From contig JABHSK010000001.1 of NCBI GenBank assembly GCA_018669975.1, positions 152,394 to 216,393 of the forward strand: 64,000 nucleotides of DNA, in the 5' to 3' direction. The notes below the pieces were generated by a model. That model was not told where the DNA came from, did no database searches, and worked only from the letters and a program-made list of their open reading frames with translations. The translations under genes were made by a program, and so were the position numbers. Shown here in pieces: positions 27,670 through 36,343 of the stretch; the stretch's first letter is position 1; each line of letters opens with the position of its first letter. This DNA is from Candidatus Parcubacteria bacterium (GTDB lineage Bacteria > Patescibacteriota > Patescibacteriia > UBA1558 > GWA2-36-10).

Positions 27670-28620
27670 ATGAGCAACACCACAGGTATCCTTAGCCGAG
27701 ATCAGATCCGCACAGTGGTCGATCGCGGTGCGCAGTCACTCCTCGATTACTGCCGACTACACAACATTCACTATCTGGTCACTGGTCAGTCCGGCGGTCT
27801 AGATTCGGCTGTTACTCTGGGTTTTGCCCAGCGAGCCTGCCAGTTGGCCGAGGCCAATAATTTTCAGTTGACTTCGGTCGGACTGATTATGCCCTGCCAT
27901 TCCGATGAATCCGCCGAACGCCTAGGTATGAAGGCTATTGAAAAGTTTGGTGCCAAGCAGATGATTATCGATCTGACACCAACTTTTGATCACGCTTTCA
28001 ACAACTCCTCATTGATGAGTCACACCGACATCCAGGTGCGGCAAATTCTTAAGGAAACCGGCGGAGACAAGTCGTTAACTGAATGGACCTGGTCCCAGAA
28101 GATCGCCCAGGGAAACATCAAGGCTCGTCTACGCATGATGTACGGCACCTATCACGTGGCTCGCATGATGCAGGGCATGGTTCTGTCCACTGACAACCTG
28201 TCCGAATTCTGGATGGCCTTTTGGACTATCAACGGCGATGTCGGTGACTACGGCATCGTTCAGCAGATTATGAAGGGTCTGGAACTCTACCAGATTGCCG
28301 AATATTTGGGTGTACCCGACGAGATTCTGGAAGCCAAACCCGATGACGGTCTCAATGTAGGTAACGGCGACGCCGATCAACTCGGCGCCGACTATCCAAC
28401 CATCGACCGCATTATGGTCCATCTAATCCAGCAAGGATTCGATCCCGACGGTTCCATGGATCAACTGGACGGGCTCCCAGCCATCGATGGCGTTCACTAT
28501 CACATCGTTCGCAGCATTGCCGAACGCTGTCTGCGTGGTGCATTCAAGCGCCACGGCACCATCATCCTTTCTCGTGAAAATCTGGATCTACCTCCTATCA
28601 AGGAGATCGTTCTGCCCTAG
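27670..28620 (+). CDS. nadE: NH3-dependent NAD+ synthetase.
   Basis: PP-loop LVTGQSGGLDSAV, NIKARLRMMYGTYHVA and STDNLSEFWMAFWTINGDVGDY show NadE family collinearity. Confidence 0.8.
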   Translation: MSNTTGILSRDQIRTVVDRGAQSLLDYCRLHNIHYLVTGQSGGLDSAVTLGFAQRACQLAEANNFQLTSVGLIMPCHSDESAERLGMKAIEKFGAKQMIIDLTPTFDHAFNNSSLMSHTDIQVRQILKETGGDKSLTEWTWSQKIAQGNIKARLRMMYGTYHVARMMQGMVLSTDNLSEFWMAFWTINGDVGDYGIVQQIMKGLELYQIAEYLGVPDEILEAKPDDGLNVGNGDADQLGADYPTIDRIMVHLIQQGFDPDGSMDQLDGLPAIDGVHYHIVRSIAERCLRGAFKRHGTIILSRENLDLPPIKEIVLP

Positions 28621-28646
28621 TGGTAAAATATGATCCGAATATAAAA

Positions 28647-28690
28647 CCCCGCCTGCGCATTCGCGCGGCGGGGCTTTTTCTTTGTTTTTA
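28647..28690 (+). terminator. Rho-independent terminator at the end of the NAD island. A near-identical copy lies at 56577-56615.
   Basis: ccccgcc-tgcgcattcgcgc-ggcgggg followed by ctttttctttgttttt. Confidence 0.7.
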
Positions 28691-28697
28691 ATTTTTG

Positions 28698-30458
28698 TTA
28701 TTTTATAAAACCACCAACTTGTTTTTCCCAAAGATTTTTATAAACACCTTTGGATTTCTTTAATAATTCATCATGTGTACCCTGCTCGATTATCTGACCT
28801 TCATCCAAAACAACTATTCTGTCCATTTGTCTGATAGTGGATAAACGGTGAGCAATAACCATGACAGTTTTATCTTTCATAAGGTTAGCTAGTGCACCTT
28901 GAATCAATTGCTCTGAATCTGAATCTAGACTAGAAGTAGCTTCATCTAAAATTAAAATTGGTGCATTTTTCAAGATAGCCCTAGCTATAGCTACCCGCTG
29001 ACGTTCACCACCAGAAAGTTTGACTCCCCGCTCACCAACAAAGGTCTGATAGGATTCGGAAAATTGCGAAATAAAGCCATGGCAATGTGCTTGTTTAGCT
29101 GCCTTAACAACCTCAGCATCAGTAGCTCCAGGATTGCCATATTTAATATTTTCTTTAAGTGTGCGGTGAAATAAAATTGGGTCTTGATTAACTAAAGCAA
29201 TATTTTTCCAAATACTTTCTTGCTTAACACAAGATATCTTCTGATCATCTATCAAAATATTACCTGATTCTAAGTCATAATTTCTTAGTAAAAGATTTAC
29301 TAAAGTGGATTTACCTGAGCCAGAGACACCAACCAAAGCAAGTTTTTCTTTTGGTTTAATAGATAAATTAAGATTCTTAATAACTCGGCGAGTACGTCGA
29401 TAACTAAAGTTAACATCCTTTAATTCTATCTTGGCTTGAGAAATCTGAAGATCTTTAGCGTTTCTAGCATCTTTAATTTCATGTGGTTTCTCTAAAATTT
29501 CAGTCATTTCTTTGGCTTCGGCAATTTGTTCATAAACATAACGAATCACTCTACCAAAATTCCAAACTCTATTAAAAATAGCTAAAACATAAGCCTGGAT
29601 TAAGAAAAAGTCACCAATTGTCAAAACGCCTCTTTGCCATAATTTAATTGCAAAATACAGCATGCCAAATTCCAATAATATCATAAGCAGTGCCTGGACA
29701 GCATCAAATACGCCCGTTAGCTTCCAGGAAAAGAAACGTAAGCTTCTTAGCTCTTCATTAAGCTTGGCAAAAGTTTTAACTTCCCTTTTATAACCAGAAA
29801 ATAATTTTATATTGGCATTGTTGGTGATAGTGTCTGCCAAAAATCCCGTTATCTTAGAGTCAGCTTCACTTCTTTTAATATCGTGTTTTAATTTGTATAA
29901 ACTAAGATGATAATTTATAAATGAAAAAACTACTACCCAAACTATAACGCCGATAGACATCCACATATTACTTTGCCACAAAACAATAACTATAAAAACA
30001 ATACTGACTATAGCTGGCAAGAATGTCCAGTAGAATGCTTCCATAATACCGTCAAAGGCTCTAGTAAAACGATTAACTCTCTTGACTAGGGCACCAGTAA
30101 AATCATTATTGAAAAAAGAAACTGAATGCTTGTGTAAATATTCAAAGCTACTATTATTAATGCTAACCATAGATTGGGTTTGAAAATATCCAGCAGCAAA
30201 AGTAGTGATGCGCCAGAATACCCAAGTAATAACATTAAACAATAGGACCATCAAAATCATGTGAATCATGCCTGGCAATTTACTTTCCACGTCTCCGGCT
30301 CCGGCTAGAATATTGAAAAAATCTTTATAGAAAATAGGAATAACAATACCACCAGCTGACGCTAGTACAATAGAGCTAACCACCAACAAAAATGACTTGG
30401 GGTGTTTTTTGAGGTGTTTAAAATAAATCTTAAATGTTTTTTTTGTGTAATCTTGCAT
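28698..30458 (-). CDS. ABC exporter, fused permease/ATPase (MsbA/multidrug-type).
   Basis: Six transmembrane segments, Walker A GVSGSGKST, signature LSGGERQRVAIARA and Walker B ILILDEATS. Confidence 0.85.
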   Translation of the reverse strand: MQDYTKKTFKIYFKHLKKHPKSFLLVVSSIVLASAGGIVIPIFYKDFFNILAGAGDVESKLPGMIHMILMVLLFNVITWVFWRITTFAAGYFQTQSMVSINNSSFEYLHKHSVSFFNNDFTGALVKRVNRFTRAFDGIMEAFYWTFLPAIVSIVFIVIVLWQSNMWMSIGVIVWVVVFSFINYHLSLYKLKHDIKRSEADSKITGFLADTITNNANIKLFSGYKREVKTFAKLNEELRSLRFFSWKLTGVFDAVQALLMILLEFGMLYFAIKLWQRGVLTIGDFFLIQAYVLAIFNRVWNFGRVIRYVYEQIAEAKEMTEILEKPHEIKDARNAKDLQISQAKIELKDVNFSYRRTRRVIKNLNLSIKPKEKLALVGVSGSGKSTLVNLLLRNYDLESGNILIDDQKISCVKQESIWKNIALVNQDPILFHRTLKENIKYGNPGATDAEVVKAAKQAHCHGFISQFSESYQTFVGERGVKLSGGERQRVAIARAILKNAPILILDEATSSLDSDSEQLIQGALANLMKDKTVMVIAHRLSTIRQMDRIVVLDEGQIIEQGTHDELLKKSKGVYKNLWEKQVGGFIK

Positions 30459-30523
30459 AATTATTGTTTATTGTTGACATATATTAAAAAATATATTGAA
30501 CTCAGGGCTCACCATATTTTCTT

Positions 30524-30598
30524 TGGCTCCGGGGGCAGGATTCGAACCTGCGATATCCACGTTAACAGCGTGGCGTTGTACCACTCAACTACCCCGGA
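30524..30598 (-). tRNA. tRNA-Asn (anticodon GTT).
   Basis: The revcomp has acceptor tccgggg/ccccgga, anticodon loop ctGTTaa, T-loop ttcgaat and CCA encoded. Confidence 0.85.
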
Positions 30599-30791
30599 AA
30601 AATAAAAAATCGGTCTTTTACACGACCGACATCTTTTTGTACTTAAATAAATTTTATTTGCGCAAAAAGTTCCCGGTCATATAAATCGGCTATTATTCAT
30701 CCATAGATTAGTTACTTTTGCAAAAATCATAAATCTGTCATTAATTAAGTAATTAACACTATACCAACTATTTATAAATCTGTCAAATTAG

Positions 30792-31511
30792 CTATTTTTT
30801 ACCTAATAAGATACCCAAAATATCTTGAGCTGAATGCTCGCCAACAACATCTTCAAAAAAATGAAGCGTATCAAACTGGCGCAGCAATACTATCACTAAT
30901 ATAACACAAGTGCCGAAAGCTCCCTTTAATATTGAAGATGTAAGTTGAGCTTGGGATGGAATCAGAGAGACAGTTAGTAATAAAATAAAAGCTAAAAAAG
31001 CTATTAAAAACCACTGAAAGTGAGGAATGCGCTCCTGGTATAGAACTACCATCTTTTTTCTAGCTATTTGCAAATCTCTAGCAATCCTCAAATTTTCTCT
31101 AATAACAGCCGCTTCAGCAATTGATGCTTTATTTCTATCAATTGCCCTGTTTAATTTATTTATATCAATTATGGTTGAAGATTTATTTACAAAATGATAA
31201 TCCCAAGCTTTATTTTTTATAATTTTTGTATAATGAGCTTTGATTATTTTTTTTATACTATCAGTGTGCTTTGAACCAAAATATTCAAAATTTCTATACA
31301 AAGAAGACATCATTCCATCAAAAACTGCAATTTGATTTCTAATAGCATTGTATCTTCTACCCTGTCTAGCAATAAAAAATCCTGAAAAAGTTGCAAACAA
31401 GAAAGTTGAGATACTCAAAAATAAAGTGTGTGAATCTGTCGGTGTAAAATTAAAAGAATAATAGACAGCTGATAGAAACAAGAATAGAGTAAATAATAAA
31501 TATTTAAACAT
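30792..31511 (-). CDS. Hypothetical membrane protein (DUF4239-like topology).
   Basis: Transmembrane segments at both the N- and C-terminus with a charged central region. Confidence 0.45.
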   Translation of the reverse strand: MFKYLLFTLFLFLSAVYYSFNFTPTDSHTLFLSISTFLFATFSGFFIARQGRRYNAIRNQIAVFDGMMSSLYRNFEYFGSKHTDSIKKIIKAHYTKIIKNKAWDYHFVNKSSTIIDINKLNRAIDRNKASIAEAAVIRENLRIARDLQIARKKMVVLYQERIPHFQWFLIAFLAFILLLTVSLIPSQAQLTSSILKGAFGTCVILVIVLLRQFDTLHFFEDVVGEHSAQDILGILLGKK

Positions 31512-31586
31512 AATCCCTCCGTTAGTTTATTATTAACATTAAAATTATAACATTTTCTGTTCCAAAATAAAAATTTCCTAAGCTAA

Positions 31587-32078
31587 TCAGGAGTTTTCTA
31601 ATTTTTCCAAAACAATATCTATTTCATGCCTAACATTATCAAACATCGGTAGATCCTTCATTTCTTCAAGTGAAAACCAACCAATATTATGAGACTCCTC
31701 TATTTGATGATTGACCTCCTGCATTGGCACCTCTATCACATAAACAAAATCTAAATGATAGTGCTCAGGGAAATCACCATAGGGATCTATTCTTTCTTCC
31801 AATAAAAAAGTAGGTAAAGGCAAAATATTAGCCCGCTCATCAATAACTTTAACATCCTTTAAAAAAGCTTGAATATCAACACCTGATTCTTCTTTGACCT
31901 CACGCACTGCTGCTTCAACTGGATTTTCCATTGGCTCGATGTGGCCGCCTGGTGGCATCCATTTGTCATATTTAATATGATGCGTCAACAAAAACTTTCG
32001 TGGTTTCATTTTAGAAACTATAAAGACTGTAGCCGTATAATGTTTCTCCCCTAAATTAGGTATTATTTTTTTATCCAT
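31587..32078 (-). CDS. NUDIX hydrolase.
   Basis: Nudix box GGHIEPMENPVEAAVREVKEESGV. Confidence 0.75.
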   Translation of the reverse strand: MDKKIIPNLGEKHYTATVFIVSKMKPRKFLLTHHIKYDKWMPPGGHIEPMENPVEAAVREVKEESGVDIQAFLKDVKVIDERANILPLPTFLLEERIDPYGDFPEHYHLDFVYVIEVPMQEVNHQIEESHNIGWFSLEEMKDLPMFDNVRHEIDIVLEKLENS

Positions 32079-32140
32079 AAAATAATTTTAACACACTTAC
32101 TCTAGAAAACAAAAATATGAATTATGCTATAATATAAACA

Positions 32141-32800
32141 ATGGCTAAAGATATATTCCATCAATCTATTAAACAAAAAATTTGGACTAACTCTTTTGTG
32201 TTCTCTCTAATAGTTTTTGTGTTGTTTATTTTAGCTACGGCTTTACTAGAAAAACCATTTAGCCTCCTAACTATTAATAGAGCCATGGCTGGTACTTCCG
32301 CTATTATGTTTGCTGCTGCTTTTTCTCTGAGTGGCTTTTGTTACTATTGGGATTTTCTAGACACTAAGATAGCCTACCGCAAATACCTAGGCTTATTGGG
32401 ATTTTGGTATGCACTGGCTTATTCAATATCTTTATTAATAGTAGACCCAGAGAGATATCTAATTGGTTTTACAAAAAACTTTTTTACTGCCGATATTCTA
32501 CTAGGCCTAATGTCCATGACTATCTTTGGATTCATTGCCATTATTTCCAATGATAAAATAATGCTAAAAATGGGTCCTCACCGTTGGCGAAAAACTCTAA
32601 GACTTGGCTATCTGGCCTGGGTATTACTAGCCCTAAGAGCATATCTTATAGAAAAAAATCTATGGCTAGAATATTTCCAATCTCTTGAGGGCTTCCCACC
32701 ACCACGATTACTCTTATCATTGTTAGTGGTTGCCGTAATAATTTTTAGATTATCTATTACATTTTCTAAATGTTTTAAATTTAAAAAAATTAACAAATAA
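32141..32800 (+). CDS. Polytopic membrane protein, possibly ferric-reductase-like transmembrane domain (MsrQ/YedZ-like).
   Basis: Six transmembrane segments and a His/Arg-containing HRWRKTLRLGYLAW motif. Confidence 0.35.
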   Translation: MAKDIFHQSIKQKIWTNSFVFSLIVFVLFILATALLEKPFSLLTINRAMAGTSAIMFAAAFSLSGFCYYWDFLDTKIAYRKYLGLLGFWYALAYSISLLIVDPERYLIGFTKNFFTADILLGLMSMTIFGFIAIISNDKIMLKMGPHRWRKTLRLGYLAWVLLALRAYLIEKNLWLEYFQSLEGFPPPRLLLSLLVVAVIIFRLSITFSKCFKFKKINK

Positions 32801-32804
32801 AAAT

Positions 32805-33296
32805 ATGGTTTACACTGCAAAACATTATCTGAGGGGTTTATTAAGAATAACTATGGGCTGGATATTCCTTTGGGCTTTTTTAGATAAACTATTTGGCCTA
32901 GGCTTTGCCACTGAAGCCGGTAAATCCTGGCTAGACGGCACTTCGCCAACTACTGGCTTCTTAAAATTTGGCACTAGCGGACCCTTGTCCACTTTTTTTC
33001 AATCTCTAGCTAGTAATATGTTGGTTGATTGGTTGTTTATGCTAGGTTTATTATTAATTGGCTTAGCATTAATTTTAGGAATTGCTATGCGCCTAGCTTG
33101 TTGGAGTGGTGCTCTACTTATGTTATTAATGTATGTAGCAATACTTCTACCTGAGCATAACCCAATAATAGATGAACATATAATCTATTTGCTAGTGCTA
33201 CTATTACTGCTCAAGACTAAAGCCGGATACCCTCTAGGTTTAGGTGGTTGGTGGTCTAATCTAAACCTTGTACAAAAAGCAAAGTGGTTGCAATAA
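32805..33296 (+). CDS. DoxX-family membrane protein.
   Basis: GWIFLWAFLDKLFGLGF and four transmembrane segments. Confidence 0.55.
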   Translation: MVYTAKHYLRGLLRITMGWIFLWAFLDKLFGLGFATEAGKSWLDGTSPTTGFLKFGTSGPLSTFFQSLASNMLVDWLFMLGLLLIGLALILGIAMRLACWSGALLMLLMYVAILLPEHNPIIDEHIIYLLVLLLLLKTKAGYPLGLGGWWSNLNLVQKAKWLQ

Positions 33297-33333
33297 AAAA
33301 AGCCCCGTCGTTGACGGGACCGATACTATTGAC

Positions 33334-33564
33334 TCAATTGGTCGCTTGTAGGAGACGCTTGTTCCAGCTTTGCCAGGTGGTATAACCACAATGCGTGCAC
33401 TTGTAGCCGACAGCACCACTGCTGTCCTGATCAAAGGAAACGTAGAAACCTTGCTCGCAATCGGGGCAAGCTCCGTTGTTCCACTCACGATTTTCCTGAT
33501 GCCTGGCCCAGATACAGCCGCCAATCATGGCAGCCAAAACTAAGATGGGTAGTACGATGAGCAT
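33334..33564 (-). CDS. Small membrane-anchored zinc-ribbon protein (hypothetical).
   Basis: An N-terminal transmembrane segment; CPDC...CTHCG. GC-rich, with a terminator hairpin downstream at 33296-33325. Confidence 0.5.
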   Translation of the reverse strand: MLIVLPILVLAAMIGGCIWARHQENREWNNGACPDCEQGFYVSFDQDSSGAVGYKCTHCGYTTWQSWNKRLLQATN

Positions 33565-33707
33565 GGACTTTCCTCCTGTTGAGATTGTCTGTGACTAGGA
33601 ATATATTGAACATAGAACTGCATAATATATACCAAAATAACACATTTGTCAATAATAAAAAGCCCCGCCGAGTTCACCTCGGCGGGGTTATATTTATCAA
33701 TCAAGAT

Positions 33708-35414
33708 TTAGCTCTTCTTAGCAGAAGAGGTGCGTCGTCGACCACTAAGGCGGTCTCCATGCACAATATTATGAACCATGAAACTCAAGGTCTCACTGAT
33801 AACGTTACCAACAATAGCTTCATTGTCATCGTTGCTTAGCATCAGCTGACTGATGGCAAAAGTAGCTACGGTCTCAATATAACGCATCAGACTGGTGTCG
33901 GTCTCTTCGCATTCGAACCAATAACGGTGACTCGTATTGAATGTCAACACGCCCGTCTTCATATCGAACTTGAAGGGCTCACCACTAGTGCCGACCTCAT
34001 CAAAGTCGAGCTGCAGACCAGTGGAATGTCCCCGAACCAGTTGGCGCCTATGGCCTTCCGGACCGGTAACAGTACCAGGCTGGTGCTCTGGCAGATCAGT
34101 GTCAGGCTCACCTCGGGATTCACCCTTGGCTTCAGAATTAGCCTTGTCCTGATTACCTCGGGTAGCCACTGACTTCTTCTTCTGCCTACCGACAGGCTTG
34201 GCCTTTTTATGGCCTGCACCAATAGTTCCAACCTTGAATTCCTTGATCAGATCACGCAGACCCTGGCTGTCGAGCAGACCTTCGACCACTTTGAGTGCTC
34301 TCAGTCCCAACTTCTGGAAGCGGGCTTCCCGAATGTGTGACTCGACAATGTCCAGGTGCTTCTGACCAATATCTTCAAACCATCTTTCAATACAGACACA
34401 CATACCAACTAGGGCGTCGTTAGCCACAAACCTTTTGCGACCAGCGTCCAATTCAACTCCCTGACAAGCAATTTCGCCTTCGAAAATGCCAGACCTGAGA
34501 GCCTGAATTGCCCCGTCGGACAAAATGCCGTCTATCGAATTCCAAAAAGATCTACTACTGCTAGGAATACGGAAATCATCTCCGATTTCTCCAAAGCAGA
34601 CGCTGCCCTTACGAGCACCACGCGGAGTCTTCTTGGCGATAAAAACGCGAAAGCGAGTTTCCCCACAATCTTCACTAACATAGACTGCCTCATCTAGAGG
34701 TCGTCCTTCATATTCTTTGGCCACTACTTGCAACTGAGCACGTACGTTGTCCTCACTGATAAAATCAATCTGCACTACCGTGTCAAGCTTGCGCATGACT
34801 GGACCAAACTTATCCAGAATCTGTTCAGCAAGATCCTGAGCAGTCATCCGGGTAATAGTCCGATCCTTAATAATGCCCCAAGCCTTAATCCTGGTGCGCC
34901 AAGGTACGAAGAAAGAATCTCCGGAACGATGACGTTTAGGGTTGGCACGAGTAGCATGATATTTGATCTGCGGCCGTTCCTTGAGAGGAATAGCACCAGT
35001 ATCACTCATACCACCGATATCACCAGTGTCGAATGTCCACTCCAAGAACCCAGTCTGACCAGGCGTCTTGCGGTAATGGCAAGACGTGAAGGTAAACTTT
35101 TCGCACTTACCCAAATATGAAATCATACCACGGCCCCAGCGACCCATCTTGTCGCGACTCTTCACGGTCTTACCGATTTGAGTCAGACACTGTTCGAATT
35201 TGACTCGGGTCACACCCTGGCCATTATCGACGATGTCCAAACCGCGTTTTTTAAGATTGATACGGATACCAATAAGCGTAGCCTTGGCGTCTAGAGCATT
35301 TTGAACTTGCTCCAGTGTCGCATCCAATAAAGATGGATAAGTACCGGCCACCATCATCAATATTTGACCAAGATTAACATTAATCGTACTTTGACTTCCT
35401 TTTTCAGGTGTCAT
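33708..35414 (-). CDS. GHKL-superfamily ATPase (MORC/HATPase_c_3-like N-terminus) with an uncharacterised C-terminal ~350-aa region.
   Basis: Bergerat-fold motifs QNALDA (N-box), DNGQGV (G1) and GKTVKSRDKMGRWGRGMIS (G2). GC-rich, with a terminator at ~33655-33695. Confidence 0.6.
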   Translation of the reverse strand: MTPEKGSQSTINVNLGQILMMVAGTYPSLLDATLEQVQNALDAKATLIGIRINLKKRGLDIVDNGQGVTRVKFEQCLTQIGKTVKSRDKMGRWGRGMISYLGKCEKFTFTSCHYRKTPGQTGFLEWTFDTGDIGGMSDTGAIPLKERPQIKYHATRANPKRHRSGDSFFVPWRTRIKAWGIIKDRTITRMTAQDLAEQILDKFGPVMRKLDTVVQIDFISEDNVRAQLQVVAKEYEGRPLDEAVYVSEDCGETRFRVFIAKKTPRGARKGSVCFGEIGDDFRIPSSSRSFWNSIDGILSDGAIQALRSGIFEGEIACQGVELDAGRKRFVANDALVGMCVCIERWFEDIGQKHLDIVESHIREARFQKLGLRALKVVEGLLDSQGLRDLIKEFKVGTIGAGHKKAKPVGRQKKKSVATRGNQDKANSEAKGESRGEPDTDLPEHQPGTVTGPEGHRRQLVRGHSTGLQLDFDEVGTSGEPFKFDMKTGVLTFNTSHRYWFECEETDTSLMRYIETVATFAISQLMLSNDDNEAIVGNVISETLSFMVHNIVHGDRLSGRRRTSSAKKS

Positions 35415-36145
35415 TCTTCCCTCCCTTTTTTATCTAGAGTTAACTTTCTCGATTCCTTACTACATAATCCGTGCAAAGCTTGGGCTGCATTATACAAACC
35501 ATCATCTGATATACTACGCCGCAATTGACGGCGATCATTATCAGAAAACTCATCTGACAAAACAGCTTGAGCTAAAGGCAAAAGAGCCTCTACTTGTCCC
35601 TTCAATGCCTGAAATATGGCATCACGTGAACTTTGTCTTAAGCTAGTAGGTAGCGATCGTTCAGTCCTCTGACTTGTTTTGAGAATAGGACGATCATTTA
35701 AACCAACGAAGTCTTCGGCTGGGTAACGTTTGAGTATAGCTTCGATCATAGCGAGCTTAGCTCTACCAGCATTGCAAACGTTATTAAGCACCGGAAAAAA
35801 TGAATCTCTGCCAGCATAACCTAATTTCTGACACGCTTCATCAAAAGACATCCGACCGATTGAAATAATCCATCCCAAAGACAGGACCTGTGGTGCCAAG
35901 TCTCTCAACTCAGCCACATCATATCCCCGACTATGGAGAAAATACTTCAACCGAATAAGATTTTTACCCGAGGGCATTTTTTTACCATTAAGCCAACGAT
36001 AGGCTAATGGATCAGAAGCTTTGCAGAAATCAGCCAAGGGTTTCCTGGCTGCCAATACTTGTGACTTGCCAGTTGGCAAGGTTCCTGCGTAATGATCCAA
36101 ACATTGTCTGGCATTACCTGAAAAATTAACGGGGGTTTTTCCCAT
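35411..36145 (-). CDS. Hypothetical protein, upstream partner translationally coupled to the GHKL ATPase.
   Basis: ATGA overlap with the downstream gene. Strong RBS gaaggagg and a TTGACA-N17-TAATTT promoter on the minus strand at ~36255-36287. Confidence 0.5.
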   Translation of the reverse strand: MGKTPVNFSGNARQCLDHYAGTLPTGKSQVLAARKPLADFCKASDPLAYRWLNGKKMPSGKNLIRLKYFLHSRGYDVAELRDLAPQVLSLGWIISIGRMSFDEACQKLGYAGRDSFFPVLNNVCNAGRAKLAMIEAILKRYPAEDFVGLNDRPILKTSQRTERSLPTSLRQSSRDAIFQALKGQVEALLPLAQAVLSDEFSDNDRRQLRRSISDDGLYNAAQALHGLCSKESRKLTLDKKGREE

Positions 36146-36343
36146 TGCTGTATGCCTCCTTCTTTCTTGGGGTCCTTGTTTTTTATCCTAAATCTATGAA
36201 TTGACTTGTGAAAGAACTATCTCTAAGTAGGCGCAATAGCCCACTATATAGACATTGCAAATTACCATTTTAAGCAATATATGTCAATAATAACAAAAAG
36301 CCCAAAAAATGGGCTTTCTAATATCTAATGATTTTATTATTAA

